Shown here: positions 8,202-17,194 of the stretch, piece by piece
Numbering within the stretch: the stretch's first letter is position 1
Layout of the letters: every line of letters begins with the position of its first letter
IMG/VR virus record: IMGVR_UViG_3300034001_000012
Coordinates: 1 to 50,514 of that record
Source: a virus
Lineage: Duplodnaviria > Caudoviricetes
DNA: 50,514 bases
Reading direction: 5' to 3' (one strand)
Made by a program: the position numbers and the translations under genes
The notes under the pieces: generated by a model
Told to the model about the DNA's origin: nothing
Database searches by the model: none
Seen by the model: only the letters and a program-made list of their open reading frames with translations

Positions 8202-8839
8202 ATCCTCCACACCTTGAAAGCGGCGTGGCTTCTGAGTGTATGGAAAAGGTTGTGAGCGATAAGCGTTGTACAAAATGTGGCGAGGTAAAGCCGCTCACGT
8301 CTTTTGGTATGGCTAAGAGCAAACGCACGGGCAAGCAAACATACCCAAAGCCTTGGTGCAAATCCTGTCACGTAGCGTACACCAGAGAATGGCAACGGAA
8401 GAATACTGAGAGAATGCGCGAGTATCAGAGACGCTTCCGGCAGACCGAGGCAGGAAAAGCCTCTAACCGAGCGAGCAACAAACGATTCAGAGAGAAAGAG
8501 GGAAGCGCTGAAAAAATCAGGAAGAACAGAAAGCGTTGGGAGCAAACGGAGAGAGGTCAGGCATCGTTGCGCCGGTCGAAGCAGAAATGGCGGGACAAGA
8601 ATCCTGACCGCATATTTGAATGGCTGGCCAGGAATGCCATATTCGCAGGCACGGTCTCTCTGGACGCGCCCTATGGCAGTTATGGCACTTTGCTTGACTG
8701 TGTTGCCGACGACAACGCTGTAAACCCGCTCGACGCGCTCGTCGAAAGGGAGGCGCTTGCGGAAATCACTAAGCGGTTAATTCGAGAGAAAGGTTTTAGC
8801 GTGGATTTGGCTATTACGATAGTTGAGGAGCACATATAA
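8198..8839 (+). CDS. Zn-finger, basic helical DNA-binding protein
   Basis: KRCTKCGEVKPLTSF...WCKSC, Arg/Lys-rich helix, VSLDAP motif. Confidence 0.65.
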   Translation: MNPPHLESGVASECMEKVVSDKRCTKCGEVKPLTSFGMAKSKRTGKQTYPKPWCKSCHVAYTREWQRKNTERMREYQRRFRQTEAGKASNRASNKRFREKEGSAEKIRKNRKRWEQTERGQASLRRSKQKWRDKNPDRIFEWLARNAIFAGTVSLDAPYGSYGTLLDCVADDNAVNPLDALVEREALAEITKRLIREKGFSVDLAITIVEEHI

Positions 8840-8850
8840 GCGAGGTTCTG

Positions 8851-9123
8851 ATGACACGCAAGCATCTCAAAGTCTGGCGCGCCTTCTGCGAATGGCTCAA
8901 CGAGCAGAAGTGGAAGTCAGCCTACGCCTCCGAAGTGCCGAGTCAGTGGCGGCACCTGGTGTATATCGGAGGCAATCCGACCGGCAGAGCCGCGCACGAT
9001 CTACGCGTCAAAGCGAAGCTCATCTTCTATAACCCGGGCTGGGGCTGGAGGCTTAGGAAGAACTGGCGCGAGCGCCTTGAAGAATTAGAGCAGGGCACTC
9101 CTGCCATATCAGAGCAGGGGTGA
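8851..9123 (+). CDS. Hypothetical protein
   Basis: GAGG RBS. Confidence 0.5.
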   Translation: MTRKHLKVWRAFCEWLNEQKWKSAYASEVPSQWRHLVYIGGNPTGRAAHDLRVKAKLIFYNPGWGWRLRKNWRERLEELEQGTPAISEQG

Positions 9124-9154
9124 AAACTTTTCTTCACCGGTGAAGAGCTAATCC

Positions 9155-10654
9155 ATGCAGGAACTGACTCAGAAAGTTTCACTCGCAGCGCGCCTCATCG
9201 ATGAGTGCGAAGAGGAGCTGCGCCTGGCGCGCCGCCGCGTCTCAGACCTGGCGCACGCCAATTACCCCAAGCTCAAAGAGGAAGACTTCCAGGCGTTCCT
9301 TAAAGAGCCGTATGTCCTCATCCCGAAGCGCGGCCACGAGTGGTACTGCGCCGTGCCGCGCTGGGTGGACTTCGCCGTCGGATGGCTGGAGAGAGCAACC
9401 CCTAGCTACAACCTCTTCCTCATTAACCGCTACACGCTCTGGCTCGGCGAAGTGCCCGAAGCCCTGCGCGAGGCCACGGGGCTTGAGAAGCCTCCGGGCG
9501 AGCTATCGGTCGTCGATGGGAAGCTCATCTTCAACAAGGCTGATAAGCCCGCGGCAGAGCACTACAAGCAATACATCACACGCTTTGCGGGTGACACAGG
9601 GATAATTACCCGCGGGAAAGAGTTTCAACTCCTGGCTCAGCTCATCCAGGACGGCTACCTGCCCTTTGTCCCGCGCCCGGTGGCCGCCGCAGACTTGCGC
9701 GACCCGCAAGTCAATTTCAACTTCGAGGGCAAGTATCAATTCCAGCGCGAAGCCTACGACTACTTTCTACAGACGGGCGCCGTCGGCGTCTACTGGATGA
9801 CGTCTGCTGGGAAATCCTTCCTGGCCATGGCCGCGCTCGATTCCATCAAGGGAAGGAAGCTGATAGTGGTGCCGACGCGCACGCTCATCGACCAGTGGGT
9901 TAGCTATCTGAAAGATAAAGCGCCGCGTCTTTATCAGGAGTACAACTCCTATTACAGCAAGCAGGTTTATATAGTCACCTACTCTTCGTACGAGAAGGTG
10001 AAAAAGGAAGAGTGGGCGTTTGTGCTCTTCGACGAGTGCCACCGCCTGCCCGCTAACAGCTTCTCGAAGCTCGCGACACTCAAGACCAAATATCGCATGG
10101 GGCTCTCGGCCTCGCCCTATCGCGAGGACGGTCGCACCAACTTCATCATCGCGCTCACCGGTTATCCAATCGGCCAGGACTGGAAATCGCTGATAGCGAT
10201 CTTAGGCAAAGACTTTCACACCGTGGACGTGTGGGTCGTGCCTACAGCTGCGTCGAAGCTCGCCAAAGTGGTTGAGCTTTATCGCTCGGGCGTGAAGACC
10301 CTCATCTTCGCCGACTCGATTGAGTTCGGCGCGCAGATAGCCAAACGCTTAGGCGTGCCCCACGTTCACGGTGGCACTTCAAAGCGCATGGAGATAGCGC
10401 GCACGAGTAAGGCTTTCGTCGCCTCGCGCGTGATGGACGAGGGCATCTCAATCTCCGACCTGGAGCACATCATCGAAGCGGATTTTCTTTATGGCTCCAG
10501 GCGTCAGGAGGTGCAGCGCACAGGCAGGCTTCTACATTCGGAGGCCGGAGCAGCTCATCACGACATCATCATGACGCGTGATGAATTCGAGCAATACGGC
10601 AAGCGCCTGCACGGGCTAGTCGAGAAGGGGTTCAAGATAAACGTTCATCATTGA
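9155..10654 (+). CDS. SF2 helicase, XPB/Rad25-like
   Basis: AGKS Walker A, DECH, GLSASPYREDG, GSRRQEVQRTGR. Confidence 0.9.
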   Translation: MQELTQKVSLAARLIDECEEELRLARRRVSDLAHANYPKLKEEDFQAFLKEPYVLIPKRGHEWYCAVPRWVDFAVGWLERATPSYNLFLINRYTLWLGEVPEALREATGLEKPPGELSVVDGKLIFNKADKPAAEHYKQYITRFAGDTGIITRGKEFQLLAQLIQDGYLPFVPRPVAAADLRDPQVNFNFEGKYQFQREAYDYFLQTGAVGVYWMTSAGKSFLAMAALDSIKGRKLIVVPTRTLIDQWVSYLKDKAPRLYQEYNSYYSKQVYIVTYSSYEKVKKEEWAFVLFDECHRLPANSFSKLATLKTKYRMGLSASPYREDGRTNFIIALTGYPIGQDWKSLIAILGKDFHTVDVWVVPTAASKLAKVVELYRSGVKTLIFADSIEFGAQIAKRLGVPHVHGGTSKRMEIARTSKAFVASRVMDEGISISDLEHIIEADFLYGSRRQEVQRTGRLLHSEAGAAHHDIIMTRDEFEQYGKRLHGLVEKGFKINVHH

Positions 10655-10662
10655 AGGAGTAG

Positions 10663-11088
10663 ATGATGGCTGAGCTATTGCGCAACTGGAAAGACTCTGA
10701 AGTGAGTTGGTCTGAAGTAAGCGAAGGGCATTGGCGAGCATATTTCAATTACATTGAGATTGGCGGCTACAGCCTGAGAACCGAACCCATATACGCCTAC
10801 TTCGGCAACACCAAATTCATCACAGAGTTTAAGACGGAGGGAGAGGCGAAGACTGCCATCGAGCAGAAGTTTTACGAGTGGCTGCGCATTGCGTCCGGTG
10901 CCTTGGCAGATCAGCTGGTAGAGGCGAGAGAAGAAAGCCCTATAACGGTCGTCTGCCATAATTGTCAGGAGCCTGGAAAGGCACACTGGAATGCCTGCGC
11001 GCAGTGTGGTCACTCAATGAAGGGGCCGGCGGAAGAGTGTCGCAGGTGTAAGGCGGAAGCTGTCAGGGAGCAGGCGGCGCTTAACTGA
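10663..11088 (+). CDS. Hypothetical protein with C-terminal Zn ribbon
   Basis: AAGGAG RBS; three CxxC. Confidence 0.6.
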   Translation: MMAELLRNWKDSEVSWSEVSEGHWRAYFNYIEIGGYSLRTEPIYAYFGNTKFITEFKTEGEAKTAIEQKFYEWLRIASGALADQLVEAREESPITVVCHNCQEPGKAHWNACAQCGHSMKGPAEECRRCKAEAVREQAALN

Positions 11089-11196
11089 TGCCGAGTGTAT
11101 TTACATCACCGAAGATGCCAGGCGTCTGAATTACGCCGTAGAGGCCGGGAGTGTTTGAGTCACCGTTCATCATATTTGGAGTCTAGCACAAACAAT

Positions 11197-11472
11197 ATGA
11201 CGTGCCTGAACTGCGAGGAATTGATCAATCCTTTCGTCGATGAAATCGTGCCGATAAATGAGGGGCGCGACTGGATGCACCGCGAATGTTTACTCCGGGG
11301 CGTTATCGGGTCAGAAGACTGCATCAGGCGCGGGCCGCACGCGGTCGGTACTTGTAAGCCGGATGATACACGACTGACAAAACGAGAGGCGGCACGAGCG
11401 GCCGTGCGTGCCTGGGAAGAGAAGGAGCTGCTGAAGCAAGCGCTGACTCAGCACGTGAAGGCCGCAGGGTGA
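11197..11472 (+). CDS. Hypothetical protein
   Basis: Likely start MTCLNCEE; HREC motif. Confidence 0.5.
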   Translation: MTCLNCEELINPFVDEIVPINEGRDWMHRECLLRGVIGSEDCIRRGPHAVGTCKPDDTRLTKREAARAAVRAWEEKELLKQALTQHVKAAG

Positions 11473-12065
11473 AGAGAATGGATATAAAACAATTTGACAG
11501 GGCTTACGGAAGCGGTGGCCGCGAAATAGCAGTCAACGAGCTGCGCGAGAAGCTGGAAGACCCGCACCTGGAAGCGGTGGCCATGCTCATAGAGCCGCTG
11601 CGCCCGGGCGTACGCATCTTCTCCGCGACGGTAGAGTGGGAGCTGTACACGCCGCATACTTCCGCCAACTCCCTGTTTCAAGTCATTCACATGTTTTGGG
11701 AGGGCTTTGTATTCAGTGTCGCCGTCTACCAGAAGGATGACAGGCCGGAGATAAACAAGATAGCCCGTCGTTTCGGTCTGCACCTGCGCAACGGCTACCC
11801 TCAACTAATCCCGTTCCTCGGTCAGTGGGCGCTAGCTTCAGGCCGCAGGCCACTGGACATGAAGGCCAAATTGTTTCCCGTCAGACATCCTGGACTATAC
11901 ACGCTTGAGTTTGTCGAGTCGGCACAGCCGAAAATCTTTCCCTCGAAAGATTTCAACAGGCTGCTGCGCAAAGAGAATGAGCATCTCCGAGAGTTGTACA
12001 CGCGTCACGGCGTAGCTGAAGCGGTGATGAATGAGTTTGTCGGAGCCTTTGAGACAGAGACTTAA
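11469..12065 (+). CDS. Hypothetical protein
   Basis: 198-aa ORF coupled to previous. Confidence 0.6.
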   Translation: MKRMDIKQFDRAYGSGGREIAVNELREKLEDPHLEAVAMLIEPLRPGVRIFSATVEWELYTPHTSANSLFQVIHMFWEGFVFSVAVYQKDDRPEINKIARRFGLHLRNGYPQLIPFLGQWALASGRRPLDMKAKLFPVRHPGLYTLEFVESAQPKIFPSKDFNRLLRKENEHLRELYTRHGVAEAVMNEFVGAFETET

Positions 12066-12105
12066 CGGGGAGAAGAATCACGCATTATAAGGGGGAGCCT
12101 AGCAC

Positions 12106-12456
12106 GTGGAAGAGCCAGCAGAGAAGGATAAGAAAATACCCGGCTGGGTTTGTGATGATTGTGGCGCGCAGGGGCGGCTCGAAGTCAAAGCAGGTGAGTC
12201 ATGGGCCTCTCTCATAGATAAGACCCTGGACGCGCACGAGGCTGCTTCGCCGGACTGCGAAGCCCCCTTGTATGAGTTGTGCGGTCTCAATGATGAGAAG
12301 AAAAGAGCTTTCATCTCGGCACAGCTTTTAGCCCAAGGTCTCTGTAATTGTTTTAGCTGGAAGTATCTTGATCCGAAAAGGCACCGGGAAGATTGCTGCT
12401 ACCGCACCACAGTCGAGAAAGGCTTAAGTGAGCAGAAGTCCATGAGCACGATTTGA
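12106..12456 (+). CDS. Hypothetical Cys-containing protein
   Basis: GGGGAG RBS. Confidence 0.55.
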   Translation: MEEPAEKDKKIPGWVCDDCGAQGRLEVKAGESWASLIDKTLDAHEAASPDCEAPLYELCGLNDEKKRAFISAQLLAQGLCNCFSWKYLDPKRHREDCCYRTTVEKGLSEQKSMSTI

Positions 12457-12469
12457 TAAGTGATAAATA

Positions 12470-12709
12470 ATGTTTGGCTCTATCTATTATTCATACCGAG
12501 ATAAGAACGGCTGTGAAATCAGAGAGGGCGATCTGATTCGTGGCTCGACCGGCTCAACTTGGATTGTGCTGCGCCAGGGCCTCAATCTCTACGCGAAGTT
12601 GGTCTGCCGTCATAACCCGAAAGCCATGGAGACCTGGTGGCTATTTCAGATTCAATGCGTACGTGTAGAGCGCGTCGGCTCACTGCTCGAACGCATTACG
12701 CAGGATTAG
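12470..12709 (+). CDS. YopX-like C-terminal domain protein
   Basis: RDKNGCEIREGDLI motif. Confidence 0.6.
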   Translation: MFGSIYYSYRDKNGCEIREGDLIRGSTGSTWIVLRQGLNLYAKLVCRHNPKAMETWWLFQIQCVRVERVGSLLERITQD

Positions 12710-12954
12710 TTTTACCCGTCGGCTCGTCGCGGGTGATTGATCGAAAGAGACGGGCGCTTTACCTAATCTACAAATCGAGAGGAGAAAGCCCGCGCGGCCA
12801 TTACGAGGCTGGCCACCTTCCTTCTAACAGAAAATCACCTTGCTTAAGAAGGGATGCCCGGGCTAGATAATTCCGGTCCGGGCATTTCCTCTCAATTTGG
12901 GAGGAAGGGAAAAGTTGTCGCCATTAATGGCAGCTTATCCCCTCTATATAGTTG

Positions 12955-12982
12955 GAGTCTGATAATGTCGATTATGGTTTAG
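12955..12982 (+). promoter_or_regulatory. dif/cer-like XerCD site candidate
   Basis: GAGTCTGATAA-TGTCGA-TTATGGTTTAG (ATAA-N6-TTAT core) in intergenic DNA. Confidence 0.55.
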
Positions 12983-13107
12983 ACCTCACGCAATACTTAA
13001 AGGTTCAGTCAGGCGCTAAGCCCTGGGGAGAGGTCTGGGGCGAATTCCTTTACGTAGTCTGCATAATTATCCATCCATAACGCATACCGCGGGTCGCGAA
13101 TCGCATT

Positions 13108-13380
13108 ATGCATCTGTCTCACTCACTGTATATGATGGAGCCTATGGCTGAAGATGAACTGGATATTTTGAACTACAGACGTGTGTGGCTTCAGAAGTGT
13201 CCATACTGCGGTGGAAGCGACATCTGTTCGACGGCAGCGCCCTCCAGGATGATGGAGAAAGTCTACGAAGGTAAAAAAGAGATGGTGCGCCAGCAGGCCG
13301 AGTGTGAGAATTGCGGGCGCTCCTGGCATGACGTCTTTACGCTTACGCACATCGAAGAGTTGGCAGAGGGTGACGAGTAA
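13108..13380 (+). CDS. Zn-ribbon hypothetical protein
   Basis: CPYCGGSD...CENCGRSW; start uncertain. Confidence 0.55.
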   Translation: MHLSHSLYMMEPMAEDELDILNYRRVWLQKCPYCGGSDICSTAAPSRMMEKVYEGKKEMVRQQAECENCGRSWHDVFTLTHIEELAEGDE

Positions 13381-13394
13381 GACGGCCACTTCCA

Positions 13395-13424
13395 CATTTG
13401 ATTTTTATTTGATTATTCAAATGA
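13395..13424. repeat. 30-bp AT-rich element, copy 1
   Basis: CATTTGATTTTTATTTGATTATTCAAATGA, 29/30 identical to 43625-43654. Confidence 0.85.
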
Positions 13425-13473
13425 CCTACAGCTCCATCCCTACTAACCGCTGGCTGTAATAGGAGGAAGCTTT

Positions 13474-13737
13474 ATGAGCAGAGAGAGAGGTCCCTATACA
13501 GATGTTTGCGGCTTTGAGCGTTGGCACGATATCAGCGGGGTCTATCGCAGGAGATTCACTGACGTACTGACGGCAGTTGTCAATTACCTTCCTGGCAGCG
13601 ACGATAAAAACGGGGGCTGGGGTTACGTCCTCCTCTTGGAAGGTATGGTTGTCAGTGGAAGATATGACGAGGAGTGGACGGCACGAGACGCGATGGTTGC
13701 TGCGGTAGCGAAAGTCGAAATGTCTCACAATCCTTGA
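13474..13737 (+). CDS. Hypothetical protein
   Basis: AGGAGG RBS. Confidence 0.6.
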   Translation: MSRERGPYTDVCGFERWHDISGVYRRRFTDVLTAVVNYLPGSDDKNGGWGYVLLLEGMVVSGRYDEEWTARDAMVAAVAKVEMSHNP

Positions 13738-13870
13738 TGAACTTTACGCGAAGCGCGTCACGCGAGCCGCATCACGCGAATCGCACACACGACCCCTCCC
13801 CAGGCATGTCCCATGAATTGATAAAAGGCTAGTGCGTTGACCTCTAATATTATCGGACTCCGCGCCTGCC

Positions 13871-15232
13871 TTACCTTGATATGCCGAAATCACGATCATG
13901 GCCATCGCGCTCGATGCCGCGGTCCTGAGTTCGCTGATGCTCATGTCGTGAGAGCCTGTCTTCACGCGTCTGCGAGGCTATAGATCTATCGCGTTCCAGG
14001 CTTCGTTGTTTGAGGTACCCTGTCATCGAGTCCTCGTGGTCGACCAGAGCGGCTGCGCGCGCGTGAGCGTGGCCACAGCGGTCTGCCAGCCAGCCTACAG
14101 CCTCCTCTTTGCTCACCTCCCTGCCCTCAGTCTTCATGACCTGCTGGACGAGACTGACGGCAGTGCGCGCCATCAGATGCCCCTGCCTGTCGAAGGCTCC
14201 GCCGGGCGTGATGGTCACCAGGAGATTCTTATCCGGCTTAACGAAATCGATTGTCCCGCGATTGGCTCCGGCCAATCCTTTGTAGCCCATCATTTTCATC
14301 ACTGTGGCGTGGTCTACGTCCTGCACGCGCTCCTCGGCTCGATCGGCTCGCTCCTGTAAGTTCTGTTTCTGCTCTCTCAGCAGCTCGTTCTTATACCTCT
14401 CCTCAGCCACAAGGAGTTGCTGCTTTGAGATCTCCTGTCGCGCATCGGCCAGCCTCTTTTTCGTCTCATTCAGTTTGTTCCGGGTGTCTCTGGCCAGCAT
14501 CGCCTGGTGGAGCTGCGTCCTGATCGGCTCCTGTATCTGCTCTATCAGCGCCTTGGCAAACTCCTCCTTGAATACCTGGGCAGCATCCTTCGAGAGGCAC
14601 ATCCTGGGAGGCTGCGGCAGCCTGTCGTAATTGACCCTGATATGGGGGTCGCGCTCTATGGCCCGGTAGAACTCCTTGACAGTGGTGTGACGAGCGCGGC
14701 TTCCCTGCTCTCCGCGCTCCAGGCCAAGCTCTTTGACCTGTTCGGCCCAGCGGTCCTGCCACATCGAGAACTTCCCGCGTGTGCCGAAGTAGTGTTTACA
14801 ATTCAGCTTCCCCTTCGGGTCGATAGGTACCGTGTGGGCGTGAATATGCGGCGTGCGCTCGTCCATGTGAAGAATCGCTTTGACGCAGATGCCTCCGTTC
14901 TCTCTCTTCAGGAGGAACTCGCGCGCTGCTGCCGAAAACTGGTCTACTTTTTTGTGGTCGATTTCATCGTTGTCGTCGCGCCACCACTCGGGCGAGGCCG
15001 TGAGCAGCACCTCTATCGCTTCAACGGAATCGCTCCTGGGCTTCCCGCCGTGCTCTGCTATGACCTCTCTGACCATCTCAGGCGTGGGCCTGTCAGAGCC
15101 GAGAATAATCCGATTGTCTTTCTCTCGCGAGGGGTCGGCGTTCGGCGTTTCTCTCTGCCTGCCGTTGTGGAGGCTCGACGAACCAACGCTCCCGCCCTTC
15201 TGCTTTGCCATGCGAGCTATCGCGAATGTCAT
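13871..15232 (-). CDS. mobV: MobV/Pre family relaxase (plasmid recombination enzyme)
   Basis: MTFAIARMAK...HNGR.RETPNAD, TASPEWW, HMDERTPHIH, GLERG..GS.ARH; coiled coil; AAGGA RBS before ATG 15232. Confidence 0.93.
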   Translation of the reverse strand: MTFAIARMAKQKGGSVGSSSLHNGRQRETPNADPSREKDNRIILGSDRPTPEMVREVIAEHGGKPRSDSVEAIEVLLTASPEWWRDDNDEIDHKKVDQFSAAAREFLLKRENGGICVKAILHMDERTPHIHAHTVPIDPKGKLNCKHYFGTRGKFSMWQDRWAEQVKELGLERGEQGSRARHTTVKEFYRAIERDPHIRVNYDRLPQPPRMCLSKDAAQVFKEEFAKALIEQIQEPIRTQLHQAMLARDTRNKLNETKKRLADARQEISKQQLLVAEERYKNELLREQKQNLQERADRAEERVQDVDHATVMKMMGYKGLAGANRGTIDFVKPDKNLLVTITPGGAFDRQGHLMARTAVSLVQQVMKTEGREVSKEEAVGWLADRCGHAHARAAALVDHEDSMTGYLKQRSLERDRSIASQTREDRLSRHEHQRTQDRGIERDGHDRDFGISR

Positions 15233-15260
15233 GCTCTTTTCCTTCAACTCCTGAAGAACT

Positions 15261-15279
15261 AGGTATAGTGGGTACACCT
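15261..15279 (+). promoter_or_regulatory. oriT/RSA-like site candidate
   Basis: AGGTATAGTGGGTACACCT hairpin resembling MOBV RSA core, about 30 bp upstream of mob. Confidence 0.45.
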
Positions 15280-15616
15280 TTATTCCTTCCGTACCCTCTA
15301 TTTCATTCGCAATCACTGAACCATTGATTTTGTACGGGAGCCGATTTAACCAGCGCCGGCCAGGGGAGGAAGACAGGTGATTCGAATTTGGAGTGATAAA
15401 TCATGGCAGGGCAGCAAAGTTGCAAAGAGGAAAACGGATGCCGACAGATGCAGGGATATCAGAATTAACCGGTGAAAATATAGACAGATGAGCAAAGAAA
15501 AAAAAGTAGTCCAGTATCTATGTCCCTGCGCTCGAATACAGGGGGTAAAAATGTAGGTTATAAAATTACCGAATAAGTAGGCTACAAATTTATTGTGGAA
15601 GGGTAAGTGACAAAAG

Positions 15617-15892
15617 TTGGAAGGTAGATTGAACAAAATTTCGTCATATCTGGATGATGAGGAGTTGCATAAATTCAGGCAGATGGTGAAGGCGCGCGGC
15701 ATCACCGAATCTATGTTCATCCGGGAGATGTTAGGCTTCGATGTCAGACAGCGCGGTGCGCCGAAGGGGCACCGCCGGAAGAAGAAAGCGCATTCACCCA
15801 AGCCCGTGAAGTCGAAGCGGTCTGCGAGGATAGATGAGCAGCGCCCGGTCACTCGGCACAGCGGAGAGTCTCAACTATCCTTTCTGGATTGA
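15617..15892 (+). CDS. Ribbon-helix-helix (CopG/MobC-like) protein
   Basis: KISSYLDDEELHKFRQMVKARGITESMFIREML; divergent from mob; upstream GTAGGYTAYAAA x2. Confidence 0.7.
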   Translation: MEGRLNKISSYLDDEELHKFRQMVKARGITESMFIREMLGFDVRQRGAPKGHRRKKKAHSPKPVKSKRSARIDEQRPVTRHSGESQLSFLD

Positions 15893-16055
15893 TTCATCGA
15901 TTTCTGGCCGCTGTAGACGTTGTCATTTGGCAGGGCTACTTCCCTACTCGAAATCTAACCCGGTAGTGTGATAGAGAGTGAGCTGTGAGTGGCAACAGAA
16001 GAGCCGCCACCGCCTTTCAAATTGAAAGGCGAAATTTCCATGCATGGAGGGAATT

Positions 16056-16256
16056 ATGTCAGAGACGCTGTCAAAGAAGGCTCCCGTAGCAGAAGGCGCT
16101 GGCGCCGCCCAGGCTACAGGCGCTGCGCCTGAGATGAAGAAGGTAAAGCTCGAAACGGATCACACCCACGAGGGTGTGCCCCATAAAGCCGGAGACGAAA
16201 TTGAAGTGAACGAAGCTGATGAAAAATGGCTTCGCCAGGCAAAGATAATTAAATAG
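16056..16256 (+). CDS. Small phage protein (GDEIEV...KWL motif)
   Basis: GGAGG RBS; flanking hairpins at 16011-16031 and about 16281-16318. Confidence 0.65.
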   Translation: MSETLSKKAPVAEGAGAAQATGAAPEMKKVKLETDHTHEGVPHKAGDEIEVNEADEKWLRQAKIIK

Positions 16257-16450
16257 CCGGAGCCGTCTCCCAAAAATGAGGAAGCGGCAACACGGATAGT
16301 CATACGTGTTCCCGCTTCGTGCTTGAAAACGCTTGCTTATGTTAGGGGGATTCTTTAATCTGGAAAGCGCTTCGCAGCCTCCGCGTCCTCGCGCCGCTCA
16401 ACTCGGGCAGCCTTCACGACGCTTGAAAACCCAGGAAAGGTGATTCCCCC

Positions 16451-17194
16451 GTGAACTCTCGCAAACTCTTTCTACTCGCCGCAGTAGCCATCTATTTAAT
16501 TTCATCTGCTTTGCCTTGCGCCGCCCAGCGCAGACGCACCATGCCGCGCCCTCAAGTCGTGACTCCCGTGCTACAGTCCGTCTGCCGTCCCGGACAGACC
16601 GTAGACGAGAAGCTTCTTTTTTCTCAAACCGTAGGCTCCCTGGATGTACAGCCCGGACAGGTCAGAAATCTCTACTACTTCGGCCAGTCGGTCGCGCGCA
16701 GCACACAACCTCTTAATGATGGCGACATCATTGAAGTCACCATGCACGCCGGTGAGTGGATGGATTTTGAGCTTGTCAACGCTGACACACCCCTGACGCG
16801 CGGGCCTCAGTCGGGTGAGTTGTTCGAGTTCTTCCGCGCCAATGCCTTCCAGCCGTTCAGGCTGATGGCGAAGGGACAATCAATCCTCAGCTCCTACAGC
16901 CCGCGTGAGAATCCGGTCAGGCTTCGCTACACCATCCACCAGGGGCGCGTCCTCTTCAGCTACGTGCTGAGTGACGGTGCAATCGGCCAGGTCTATCAGT
17001 CAGAGCCGCATAGCTCCCCGCTACTCGTCCAGGTGCGTCTTGCTGGCGACGGTCAGTTTACAGACGGCTTAATCAAGAGGCCGTGTCAGCAAACAGCCGC
17101 CACCCTTCATGCGCCCGTTCAGCAGCAGCCCGTCACGAGCCGTCCACAGCTTCAGCGGAAACTGAGTTGGTTGGACTCGCTGTTTGCGTGGTAG
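16451..17194 (+). CDS. Secreted beta-rich protein (moron)
   Basis: Signal peptide MNSRKLFLLAAVAIYLISSALPCAA; AAGGTGA RBS. Confidence 0.7.
   Translation: MNSRKLFLLAAVAIYLISSALPCAAQRRRTMPRPQVVTPVLQSVCRPGQTVDEKLLFSQTVGSLDVQPGQVRNLYYFGQSVARSTQPLNDGDIIEVTMHAGEWMDFELVNADTPLTRGPQSGELFEFFRANAFQPFRLMAKGQSILSSYSPRENPVRLRYTIHQGRVLFSYVLSDGAIGQVYQSEPHSSPLLVQVRLAGDGQFTDGLIKRPCQQTAATLHAPVQQQPVTSRPQLQRKLSWLDSLFAW

Noticed and set aside
16320-16347. Second dif site bounding the mob module (TTATGTTAGGG)
   Set aside because: Left arm lacks the ATAA XerC half
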